This document shows, piece by piece, positions 26,524 to 37,722 of a stretch of 64,000 nucleotides of DNA. The stretch covers positions 558,001-622,000 of the forward strand of contig CP142734.1 in the NCBI GenBank assembly GCA_036630325.1, read 5' to 3'. Positions within the stretch are counted from its first letter, which is position 1. Each line of letters begins with the position of its first letter. A program made the position numbers and the translations under genes. The notes under the pieces are model-generated. The model was given only the letters and a program-made list of their open reading frames with translations. It was not told where the DNA came from and did not search any database. The stretch comes from Vairimorpha necatrix (Eukaryota).

Positions 26524-28401
26524 CTAATATAAATGTGAATTTTCGAGAAATTTCTCATAACTATTATAAACTATTATTTCCTTATCGTAAATCCCAACAA
26601 TTTTGTCAAATTTTTTTAAAAGATGATGTTTATGGATTATTGCAAAAATTGTCTTATCAAGTAAAAAATTATGCATCATATCGATAAGATTTTTCTCTGA
26701 TTTCGGATCCATGTTAGCAGTAGGTTCATCTAAAATAAATATATCTCCATTTTTGATTACGCCTCTTAAAAAAGAAATTCTTTGTTTTTCGCCACCACTT
26801 AAAAATTTACCATTGTCGCCTACGTCCATTTTATAATCTTTAAAGTTCATATTGTACATAGTACAAAGTTTAGGAATGTCGGGCACACTCATATTTTGAC
26901 TGTTATACAATAAATTATCCGCTATAGTACCATATAAAATTCCAGGTTCCTGAGGAATGAAGGAAACTTTATCCCTTTGGTCGATCTTATAAATATTTCT
27001 CATTTCTACGTTATCAATGTAAATTGATCCTTTATAATCTTTAAATCTTAAAAAGACATTAACTAAGGTAGATTTCCCAACTCCGTTTTTGCCAACTATT
27101 CCAACTTTTTCTCCCTTTTTAATTCTAAAATTAGCGGGTGTTGTCAAAATTTTATCTTCAATAGTCAACACAAAATCTTGAAAAGAGATATTATCATTAA
27201 AAATAAATTTCTTAGTTCCATCTCGTATTAAATCACCCTTTTGTGTCTCTATTATTGTACTTTTGATTATCTCAAAATCCATATAATCACTTATTTCTTT
27301 ATTTTTATCGACCTGAAACATTTTTTGATCTTTTAATTTGTCATTTTCAACTTTAATTTTTATTTCTTTGTCTTTATTATCAAAATTTTTATATTCATAA
27401 TATAGTTTCAAATTTTCAATATCATAACGTATTTCATCCCAATCATTATTTATAATGTCAGTATAATATTGTAAAAGAGTGTTGTATTCATTTCTAAATC
27501 TGTTAAATTGAAATCTCAAACCACAAAATAACTTGTTAAAAAGTATAAATCCTGCTACAGTGTGTACATTAAAATACTTGTTTTTATTCAAAATTAGATA
27601 AAAAACTAAGGAATGGTGTAATGTCACCATACTTTTTGAGAGAAATCCTGTAAATGCTGATAAAATTGCGGAGCGAATACCATAATATTTTATATTTCTG
27701 CATTGTGAAGCAAGAGTCACCAATTCGAGATCTTCATTTTTACTAGATTTAATAATATCATAATTATATGTAATTCTGTATAAATTATTAATAACTAAAT
27801 CATACTGGCTTGTATATCTATTTCTAATAATAGTTCTGACCTTGGCAATTGGCACAACCAAAATTAATACTAAAAACATAATACCTATAGAAAAAAGTGT
27901 AAGATATATATTAAAATAAATATACATCACAATAATAATTGAAATAATAGAAGTAATACTGTATGAAAATTCAAATAAAAAACGATGCAAACCATTAACA
28001 GTTTGAAACACTTTTCTGTCTAATATACTTCTAATTGAATTTGGTCCAATTTTAAAATAAGTCAATTGATTCAGATTCAATGCTTTTAGAATATAAAAAC
28101 AAATACAAATTCTGTAAGCTTTTGTCAAAAAATAAAGAGAAATTATTGGTAATAAGTGCATTACAACGTAAACTCCTAACTTCTTGAGAAAAATTATTAT
28201 CATGAGTGTAATACATTTATCCAGCTTTGATTTATTTCCAATATTTTTCAACAATTCAATCTCATCAAAGCAAACTGTAACTTCAATGTATGCGAAAATA
28301 AAAATTAAAGTCAAAACAATAAATATAAAAATTTTATATAATTTGTAGTCATTTAGGAAATTAAATAATATCTTTGTATCTTTGTTCATTGAGGGCGTCA
28401 T
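26524..28401 (-). CDS. Half-size ABC transporter, ABCB/ATM1-like (TMD + NBD, 625 aa)
   Basis: Several hydrophobic helices; Walker A GKNGVGKST; Q-loop FIPQE; signature LSGGEKQR; Walker B FILDEP; H-loop IIH. Confidence 0.93.
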   Translation of the reverse strand: MTPSMNKDTKILFNFLNDYKLYKIFIFIVLTLIFIFAYIEVTVCFDEIELLKNIGNKSKLDKCITLMIIIFLKKLGVYVVMHLLPIISLYFLTKAYRICICFYILKALNLNQLTYFKIGPNSIRSILDRKVFQTVNGLHRFLFEFSYSITSIISIIIVMYIYFNIYLTLFSIGIMFLVLILVVPIAKVRTIIRNRYTSQYDLVINNLYRITYNYDIIKSSKNEDLELVTLASQCRNIKYYGIRSAILSAFTGFLSKSMVTLHHSLVFYLILNKNKYFNVHTVAGFILFNKLFCGLRFQFNRFRNEYNTLLQYYTDIINNDWDEIRYDIENLKLYYEYKNFDNKDKEIKIKVENDKLKDQKMFQVDKNKEISDYMDFEIIKSTIIETQKGDLIRDGTKKFIFNDNISFQDFVLTIEDKILTTPANFRIKKGEKVGIVGKNGVGKSTLVNVFLRFKDYKGSIYIDNVEMRNIYKIDQRDKVSFIPQEPGILYGTIADNLLYNSQNMSVPDIPKLCTMYNMNFKDYKMDVGDNGKFLSGGEKQRISFLRGVIKNGDIFILDEPTANMDPKSEKNLIDMMHNFLLDKTIFAIIHKHHLLKKFDKIVGIYDKEIIVYNSYEKFLENSHLY

Positions 28402-29257
28402 ATAAAATCTTTATTTCAAAAAAAACGGAGAAATGAACTGGCATTCAGAAAAGTTATAGGAGATTCGAGAATATTATTTTTTAAAAATAAAAAACATTTT
28501 AATTGATAAATATAATTTTAAGATGCCAGAGCTAAGATACTAATGGTTAAAATAAAATCCGAATGAATTATTAATTGACAGGCGAGTTGATTGATGCATT
28601 TCGAAATTTGACAGGAGGGCAAGAAATTTGAGATTATAATAAGCTAATACCCGTTATTTAAAAATATGCAATATTTTATCTTTTTAATGATGTTTTCTAT
28701 AAAAAGTATGGTTAAAGAACACGATAGGTTATAAATTTGGGGTCATGTCGGCTTTGGCAGAAAAATTTCGATATCGGGGTTTTTTGTATTTTGTCCTCTT
28801 TTTTCCAAAACGTCGAAAATAAATTTAAGGAAGAGACAAAAAAATTTAATGCAACAAAATACTAATTAAATCATATCCATAAAAATTTGATACTTTCTAA
28901 ACGTTCTGATTTATATTGTACTTATGATAGTAGGTGTCTTTGTTCAATTTTTAACGTTTAGTAAAATAGCTAATTTGATTACAGAGAAGAATGAACATGA
29001 AATATTTTAAAATAAGAATTCTACATATTTCGCAACTGCATATAAAACAGTCAAAATTTCGGTTACTTGTTAATTCTGTTTAAAAGAACTTAAACCTTTT
29101 TAGAACGTGTAATTATTTAATTTTAATTAAAATTGTACATTTTTATTAGTTTATAGTTTGGAAAAAAAAATTGTAGAATGTTGACATTAGACAAAATATG
29201 AGGTTAAACAGTATTCTTTAATTATTGCCCATCTTCATGAATTCGAAGATGTTTTTA

Positions 29258-30838
29258 CAGGGTTTTGCATTTTTTTAGTCCAACTTTTGCATTTTTAAAG
29301 TCCAACTTTTGCATTTTTTATAGTCCAACTTTTGCATTTTTTATAGTCCAACTTTTGCATTTTTATAGTCCAACTTTTGCATTTTTATAGTCCAACTTTT
29401 GCATTTTTATAGTCCAACTTTTGCATTTTTATAGTCCAACTTTTGCATTTTTATAGTCCAACTTTTGCATTTTTATAGTCCATTTTTTGAAAAAAAACCA
29501 AGATTTGATAAAAAATCAAAAATCAATAGAATTATGCAAAAAATATATACAAACTCATTTAATTAGATAAACTCGTTTTTCTGCCTTGCCATTTCTAACC
29601 ATCTTAACATATTAGTGTAGAATCCATTACACGAAAGGCTGAAATCATCGTTCAGCACTTGTTCCAAATCCGTTTCAACAGCATTATTTGAGTTCCTTAT
29701 AGCACAAAACCTTGATTTTATCATAGAAAAAAACTCTTTAATTGGATTAAGCTGTGGGGAATACGGAGGCAAAAAAACATAAGATATGCCTAATTCTCTT
29801 AGCTTTCCTAAAACTTCTCTTGAATGATGAAATTTAGCATTATCCATGATTAAAATCTTTTGAGGATTTCTTTGGAAAAATTCTACAAGATGTCCTTCAA
29901 TAAATTCGACAAATAGAGCAGAATTATATGCGCCCCTTTTCATTTCGTATGCTATAATATTCGATTTTGAAATTACGCAAAGACAACTTAAATTTTTGCC
30001 TCGATTTGCAGGGACTGTTTTAAATGCTTTTTTATTTTTATATGAAAACCCATAATGCCTTGTGGTATGAGCATTAAATCCAGTTTCATCCAAAAAAATC
30101 AAATTTTCTAGTGAATATCCTGATATTTCCATAGCATATTCTGCTCTTTTATCAATTTTGTCCTGCGAATTACGCTCTGCAGGAATTAGAGACAGTCTTT
30201 TTCTTGTAATATTTAGATATTTCAACTTTCTCGAAATAGTTGACAAAGACATTGAAACATTTGCTATTGTATAAAGTTCTTCTTTGATTTCACTTAGAGT
30301 CTTGTCATTACTACGTGCAATGACGTTTTTAAGCACAATGTCGATAGGCTTTAAAACTCTATGAGCTTAAACTTTAGAACGATTTGTTGTTATTGTAGAA
30401 ACAATGGATTCTTCCTCTAACATTTTCCTATGGATCCTCCAAATTGTTTTATAACTTAAATCTAATGTTGTAGCAATATCTTTTAGGGTCAAGTTTTCGT
30501 TTTTTATATGTCTTTCAATGAGCTTTAAGACATCAGGAGTGACCGAAGATCTCGCTTTTCTAGGCATTAGGGGGTTTTTTTTTTCAAAAAAAAGGCCATT
30601 GAAATGCAAAAGTTGGACTATAAAAATGCAAAAGTTGGACTATAAAAATGCAAAAGTTGGACTATAAAAATGCAAAAGTTGGACTATAAAAATGCAAAAG
30701 TTGGACTATAAAAATGCAAAAGTTGGACTATAAAAATGCAAAAGTTGGACTATAAAAATGCAAAAGTTGGACTATAAAAAATGCAAAAGTTGGACTATAA
30801 AAAATGCAAAAGTTGGACTAAAAAAATGCAAAACCCTG
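29258..30838 (-). mobile_element. Tc1/IS630-like (DD34E) DNA transposon with long repeat-built TIRs
   Basis: Termini cagggttttgc / gcaaaaccctg flanked by TA. TIRs are built from a 22-23 bp unit tagtccaacttttgcattttta (9 copies left, 10 right). Confidence 0.95.
29563..30567 (-). pseudogene. Tc1/IS630 transposase with one in-frame stop and a catalytic E-to-K change
   Basis: HTH ORF (MPRK.. from 30567) and DDE ORF are in the same frame, separated by TAA at 30367-30369. Motifs FLDETG, IMDNAKFH and PYSPQLNPIKE, with K at the position of the DD34E glutamate. Confidence 0.88.
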
Positions 30839-30847
30839 TAAATTTAA

Positions 30848-32926
30848 TGTTATATATTTAGATATTTTGACCCCTCATTACGATAAATAAATACATGGGG
30901 GCCCAACCTAATGATGAGTTGACAAGAGTTGACTGTGGACAAGAGTTCAGAAATCATAGTGAGTTTGAGAGGATAATGTATGATTTAAGATTAGAGGAAA
31001 TGGAAGAGAGAAGTCTGCAGAAGAGGAAGTGAAGATTTGAAAAATTTTATTGTTTTGAATGTTCCGATTGAAGGAGGAGTCGAAGAAATAAGAAAAAAGT
31101 TGATTGAAGAGAAAGAAAGGAAGAAAATGGAAGTGAGAAGAGAAGTAGAGATAAGGAACATGATATTGATGATTACGGAAACAGTTAAGAAAGCTATGGA
31201 AGCGAAATGTGCAGAAAGAACTGGATTTAAGAGAAGGCTTTTTAGATGTTATGAGTGTGGCCGAACAGGACATATTTTTAGAAATTGCCAATATAATAGG
31301 TTTAATAAAAGTGATTCCAAGTATTTAGTTTCTAAAAGGTCAGCGATAGATCATGAAGAATGTTTAAGTGAGGATAATTATAAGAAGGGTAAAAAAGAGC
31401 AGGAATAGACGAGAAGCAGGGAGATTATAGATGAGAGAGTTGAATATATGGGATTAGATGGATTGAGACGGAAGTATTATGAGGTATTTTCGGACGAAGA
31501 GGAGGAAATTAAATATTTTAAGTTGGAAAAATGCCGAATTAAAACCGAAGAGGGAAAGGTCGTAAAGAAGAAAGGACAAATGGTTGAACAAGCGCTTATT
31601 GCGGACACAGTAGAACACATTAAGAGTTTAGAAAGAGGATAAATAATTAGAAGATCAGTGTCGGAATGGCGGAACCCAGTAAGGGCGCTTAGGAAGCCAA
31701 ATGGAAAGATAAGACTGGTAAGGAACTTAATGGCTTTAAATGATATAGTTGATAAGGATCCGTATGAATTGGCACCAATTAGAGGTGTAATCGAGGAAGG
31801 CAGAGATCAAGGTTTTTTACTGTGATAGATATTAAAGACAGTTTTTACCACATTGAGATTTGCGAAGAGGATAAACATAAAACAGCATTTGAATTCAATG
31901 GGAGAGTTTACGAGTGGAATAGTATGGTAATGGGGTTTAAGAACTCGCCCCAAATATTACAAAGAACAATGAATACGATTTTTGACGACCTGTTAGGAGA
32001 AGGAATAGAGGTGTATATGGATGATGTAGTAATTCACGCAAAAACGAAAAGAAAGCACGATGAGCTGCTAAAAGAAGTTTTAAAACGATTTAAGAAAAAT
32101 AACATGAAAATAAATATTAGCAGATACAATTCTGTAAAAAGGAAGTAAAGCTATTAGGGGCGACACTAAATGGAGAGGGTTCTCGGGCGTGCGAAATTAA
32201 AAAGAATGAAGCGAAAGAATACCCAGCGCCAGCAAATGTATCAGAATTAAAAAGATTTTTGGGATAAACTGGATGGTTTAGAAGTTTTATTAAAGATTAC
32301 GCTAAGTTGACATACCATTTAACAAATGCGCTTAAGGGAAATGGGAATAACTTCAAGTGGACGGAGGAAATGCAAAAAGAGTTTGAAAGTTTGAAAGAAT
32401 GTTTAAGAAATTTGAAAAGTCTAAAGATAGCTGATTATAGTAAAGGATTTTTGCTGCGAACAGATGCGAGCAACGTTGGCATGGGAGCCGTGTTATTGCA
32501 GAGAAACGGATTGAATGAGCGGGTTCCGGTACAGTGGGCTTCAAAAAAGTTTACTCCAACGGAAAGTAGATACTCGATATCAGAAAAAGGAATGTACGCA
32601 GTACTCTGGGGAATTAAAAAGTTTGAATACGAACTCAGAGGAAGAAAATTTAAGATTGAGACAGACCACAAGGCCTTGAGTAAAATTAGGAATAGGGCAA
32701 ATTTTAGTAATATTAGGATTAATAGGTGGATAGGGGAGATATAAAATTTGACTTTACTATAGAATACAGAAACCCGAAGATAATGGTTGTTGCAGATTCC
32801 TTGAGCCGCATATATACGGAAGAAGTTAGTAAGATGAAACAGATGGAAGATTGTGCAATTAAGCAACAGTAAGGTAAGTGGAAGAAACATGTAATCGTAG
32901 AGAATGGTTTGAATTATTGGAAATTT
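30848..32926 (+). mobile_element. Element H: 3'-truncated degenerate gypsy with a putative 48-bp 5' LTR (30848-30895) and no protease
   Basis: TG...CA block followed by PBS-like tgggggc. CCHC knuckle CYECGRTGHIFRNC, RT YMDD (31822-32148), RNase H TDAS (32307-32744). Cut at the Merlin boundary. Confidence 0.85.
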
Positions 32927-34135
32927 TGCGCTACTTCAATTCCTTGCCCCCCCTAAAAAAAACTATTTAGAAGAAATTTTATTTATTTCTACTTACAAAG
33001 TTCTAAAATTTTTATATAAGCACAACTATGATCATCATTATTAGAATGATTGATATTTCTTTTTTTCCAAGTAAATTCATTTAGAAATAAATTAATCCTA
33101 TGCCTTTTGAGCCCACTTCTCGATCTATATTCATTCTTCAAATGGGACCACAAATTTACTATATTATTTGTGTGGTCTCCTTCTGCATTTTTAAATCCAA
33201 GCGAATGATTTATTATGTAATGTTCACTCCCAAAATTTCTAGAGGCTGGAGGGTATGAAGGGTATCCATCAGTAATTACAATAGAGCCACGTTTTACTCT
33301 GCGTCTAAAAAGGTCTTCAATAGTACTAGATTGTCGATTAGGTAGCAATTCAAGAACAAATTCTCTACAATTACCTTCTACTATGCCGCCTATAATCCAT
33401 TGAATTCCAGGCATGGAATCCAAAGTTGAAGAAGGATCAGATACAATTACACCGTTGCATATGGAGGTTTCATCAAATTGTACACAAACAGAAGTTCCTC
33501 CAATTTGGTAGCTATCATCGCTTTTAGAAGCAATGATTTCCATCACTGTATCCTTGATTTTAATATATGAATTTTTTACATATTTTGCAAAGAACTATTG
33601 CTTGGTAAGTAGTATAATTAAATACCCAGTAATAGAAAGCTCTAAGGATTTTGTGAAATAGAACGCTTATTCCTTTAAACATCGTACCATTTTTAAGTGA
33701 GCTCTTCGAACTACACTTTTTATTAACACAACGATAAGCTTTACCGTCAATGTAGCCGGAACATCCACTATTGTTCATAAGAACAGTTCGTTCTGATGTC
33801 TTACAATGTCTGCAAGCAATCGATCTTTTTAGAAGACCATTATCTAAAAAAAAATTGCTGCAACATAGTTCCTAAAGCACGCATCTTCGCAGATATTTAG
33901 CTCTCGAATAGCTTCCTGCAGATTCCTAATTAAGGGGTAAAAAAATTAAAATTTTTTAACCCCTTAATGAGGAATCTGAAGGAGGCATAAAAAAATTAAA
34001 TCGACAAAAAATACCTTAACTTCATTTTCTTGCCCCCCTCAAAAAAAAAATGTTTAGATTTGAAAAAAAACACGATTTTGTATCTTTTCATTGACGTTTT
34101 TTTTAGGGGGGGGGGTAAGAAAATGAAGTAGCGCC
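32927..34135 (-). mobile_element. Merlin transposon with disrupted transposase and no TSD
   Basis: TIRs (g)gcgctacttca.tt..tt.ccccccc. ORF 32989-33546 has QFDET, VITDGYPSY, INHS and HTNNI..LW. N-terminal cysteine-rich fragment at 33560-33778. Confidence 0.92.
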
Positions 34136-34672
34136 CATAAAAGTATCTAATGGGTACGGCAAAGTTGGAGCCCATGGCTGGTGCACTCTAGAGAGGGATC
34201 CTAGAGCTAGCCAAGAGACTAGACGAAGTATGACAATAGAAGGCCTCGTGGACCCTATTCTTTAAGATTCTGTAACACGGTGGCCGAACTAGTGCAAGAG
34301 TGGTGGTCAACGCAGCCCAATAAAAATGCTAGGCTGGTGATGTGGTCGTGTAAGGAGCCGTGTGGGCAATACAGATGATTGTAGGGACCTTTGAGTCAGT
34401 ACGATGATGCCTCTCCTCGGGTTATAGATAACCATGCTCGTTAAGTATATCCGCTGTGAGGTCACTCTTGACGCGATTTGAGGTATAAATGGAAAGTGTT
34501 CTCCTGGAGCCAAAGTCCAATGGATACGGCGAAGCTCGCTGCACCGGCAAGTTGTATAGGGGAGTTTTAGTGAGAAAGAATCTCACAGTACCAATTGGAT
34601 GAGGATCACACCCAAATCCAACTGGTCCCTATGTAAGGTTTCTCCCTAGCTCTTACTTGCAAGGAAAAAAAA
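34136..34672 (+). repeat. Dispersed poly(A)-ended repeat, copy 3 (5' end cut at the Merlin TIR)
   Basis: Homology to copy 1 starts at cataaaagtatc, immediately after the TIR. Confidence 0.82.
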
Positions 34673-35400
34673 TCTCTAACATGGTGGAGAATAAAAAAAA
34701 TTAAACCCAAACAAAAAACAAAATAAGAGGTTGGAAGTTTTAGCGAGGCATGAACGTAAAAAACGCAGTATAGGTTAGAATGGGATCGTTAGTTGTCGAC
34801 AGAAGCAAGTTGAAGATTCGCATCAGCATGGACACGGATTTCGAGACGTAGAGGAGCTATGAAGAGCAATAAAAAAACAACATTGGCTGTAATAAAATCT
34901 AGATTAAAGAAAGCTTAGATTGAGTGCAGTGGTATGCACCAACAATTAGATTTGAAACTATTGTAGCGAGGTAGCTGATCCACTAGTGATAAAAATTTCA
35001 GAGAAATTGTAAAAGAGAAGAAAATCGAAGGAAATTGTATTGTAGTTGCAGAACTAATTCGACGAATTAATCCAATTTTATTGTTAAGAAGACAAATCTA
35101 AAGAAAAATCTTATTTTTAGACTTACTGTATTATAACAGGGAAGAAAGTGCCGTAAATACCAATACAAGAAGCGTTGGTAAGATGCAAAGAGTGGAACGC
35201 ACCACGGGCCAGTTGACCTGCATATTCACTTTCATTTTACAAGCCTTGTTGTAGGCGTACAAAGTTGTAAAGTTTATTAAATCGCTCAGTTCCAAATTTA
35301 GAGCAAAGATGTTGAGTATATGTATAAAATAAAAATTTACCTAAATTTTATAATTATGTCTAACAGTAAGAAAGAGTGATCTGGCAGAAAAACAGACTTA
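34673..35400 (+). mobile_element. Decayed gag remnant related to elements D/E
   Basis: aaca|tggtggagaat junction at 34678-34692 is identical to the LTR/PBS junction of element E. Downstream similarity is weak. Confidence 0.45.
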
Positions 35401-35426
35401 AATTTGAACCCCCTCCTTTTAGTATG

Positions 35427-36904
35427 TGGCGTGTTTACCGAGAAGCTTGCCTATGGCGAGGAAGCATTCAATGATGCTACGGTCTAGATTGCCGCGAAAA
35501 CCGGAGTTTAGATAACTTGAAGGAAAAGATTGTTCATTGTTATAAAAAGAATTTTGTTTATCTGTTTTGTAAAAGGAAGAGTGTTTGTTATTGTTCGGAT
35601 GTTGTACCATGTTGTTCATGGAATTTCTCTTTTATATTACATAGTAACCAATAGAAAGAAATAAGGATCCTAGTTTGCTACGCGCCCGGAGGGAAACCTA
35701 GTTTGTTATACGCCCGGAATAAAAAATTACACATTTTTAAGAGAAAAACTTTTCTAGCATGATAATAAAAAAGCAGCATTGTAAAAAAACAGGCTTGTTT
35801 TAGAATTAATTAATTTTATTGCTTATGGCTAGTAAAGATAGAATTCTGATGAACACAGTCTGCTTTACTCATCTCTGAACATCAGTTCAGCTAGAAGACC
35901 AGGAAGTTGTGCTTTTTTAACACCATACATTTTCTTAATCACAATCTTCATCTAATTCCAGAATGACTCTATGTTCTGGGTATGGGCTCCAGTTATCGGA
36001 TCAACGAAATTTGTCTTGTGGTTTACAACCAGATGACGGAACCCGAGACATCTTTCGATATTCACATATGATCCCCAGCCATCAGAGTGAATGATTGTGC
36101 CAGGTCTACATATCCTTGCAATGATCGGAAGCAAAACAGCAGCTGTTCGATTGGGAACAATTCCCATATAGCACTTCGCAGGAGAGAAAGAGGTGTCTGC
36201 GATCCCCAAAACCCACACATCACTTGATGGTGCTCTACCATGATGATGTTTGATCTTGTGGACGAACTGGCTTTCGTCGATCTGGAAAACAATACCTGGA
36301 CCTCCCAATCTCATAGAATCAGCCTCGAAGTATCCTTTAAGAATAGTTCTCAGCTTGTTTATAATTGCCACGATGCTGTTTCTTCTAAATCCATGCTCGA
36401 AAATGATCTCTTTAATTTGTTTTCCCTTGCTCCAAAGCATAATCATAGCGTAGATCTCGGACAATGGCAATTTAAATCCCTCAAAAAATGATCCAGTTCT
36501 AATGCTCTTTGTGCTTCTGTAGAGCCTGCACACTTTATTATCACATGTCCAGCATATAAGGTCCGGGCCTTTCTTTGATCTCTCAACCATGCCAGATGAA
36601 CACTCAGAACAGGACATACTGGTCAAAAGAAGGTTTTGTTCTCGCAGAACAGAAATCATCTCTCTTGGTGGCATTCTGCGGATTTGTACGTAACTTTCAA
36701 ACTGCGACACACCCGTTCTCACAAGGGTAAATTTTTAAAAACCTAGTTTGTTATACGCCCGGATAGGGCGTATAACAAACTAGATCCGAAATAAGATTTG
36801 GCTGGCCAATAATAGTCGACCATAACTGATCGTTCCGAAGAAAAATAAGCGTTTTAGTATTAATTGGTCTTTATAAATCATGTGATATGGTCCATTATAC
36901 CACA
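35427..36904 (-). mobile_element. Solo LTR of the B/F-type lineage, interrupted by a Merlin
   Basis: Minus-strand termini tgtggtataa...acgcca as in element F. Perfect TSD gtatg (35422-35426, 36905-36909). Encodes RSIIECFLA like the F LTR. Confidence 0.88.
35665..36787 (-). mobile_element. Merlin transposon with a 256-aa transposase ORF (35952-36722) truncated near the C-terminus
   Basis: TIRs ggatc(c)tagtttg; 7-8 bp TSD gaaataa(g). Zinc ribbon CSEC..C..C, QIDES, IHSDGW, VNH and HTQNIESFWN. Confidence 0.94.
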
Positions 36905-37384
36905 GTATGCTTACTAAAGTATTGACAACACTATATTGTGATATTAATGGCCACATTTTTGATTTATTTTTGTTTTCCCTCCAAGTGAATTTTCTAGAAA
37001 AATATTTTCGATTTTTTTTTACCCCACATAAAAGGATGAAATATCAAAAGAACAACATAAAGAACTACTTGAGGTCTCAAAGAGACTTACCCCCTCACAA
37101 GAGGACGGACTATCGCCCACACGGGATACCAATAAAAATAACATAATTAAAACTAATTTGAATGTAGAAATAAGCATTCTTGGATGCTATTTACAGTAAG
37201 ACCAACTCTTCGGCGGCAAGATCACATATAAAATTGTATAATTTTAATCTAATCTTTCATTTATATTTTCGGTATCGAATAACTTTTGGAGTTTTGATAA
37301 TTAGAGATGATATAGTTTATAAAAGAAAGCGGAACAACTTGCCTCGGTACAAAAAATATCACAAAAGTAAATTCTACGAAAAAA

Positions 37385-37722
37385 TTATTTTTTTAGAATT
37401 CATTATATTTGCCCACTTGTATAAGTGCAGCAAATATTTGCGATCTACATCGTCGCAGTTTTTATTTTTTCTAGCTTCAGGTGCCAAATTTATTCTTTTC
37501 TTTTAGAACCACTTCTTAATTGAATTTATATTAAAATCGAGAAGCACGCTCAAGTCTTCTACTAAATTCAATGATGGCCATTGAACTCTTTCAAAGTTTT
37601 GAAGAGCACATAATCTTTAACTGGCGTATAGCTTCTTGGTTTGTATCTTTTGTTTTCTTTTTTTAATTTATTGGTCCAAATAGAGCCTCCGCCAAAGTAT
37701 AGTCGTCTAGGACGTTATTCAT
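37385..37722 (-). pseudogene. Homeobox gene remnant
   Basis: With two frameshifts, minus strand reads MNNVLDDYTLAEALFG / KRYKPRSYTPVKDYVLFKT / FERVQWPSLNLVEDLSVLLDFNINSIKKWF*KKR, matching homeodomain spacing (F...P...L...L.....I..WFQxxR; TAA where CAA is expected). Confidence 0.65.

Noticed and set aside
29276-29481. CRISPR-like array of 22-bp repeats (also 30604-30820)
   Set aside because: No spacers and no cas genes; the arrays are inverted relative to each other and form the transposon TIRs.
34560-34672. Hammerhead or HDV-like ribozyme in the poly(A) repeat
   Set aside because: No CTGATGA...GAAA core or convincing nested pseudoknot conserved across the three copies by eye.
29563-36722. 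Bacterial origin or contamination suggested by IS630- and IS1595-like transposases
   Set aside because: They are interleaved and nested with gypsy and LINE elements and eukaryotic host genes; Tc1 and Merlin are the eukaryotic relatives of these IS families.
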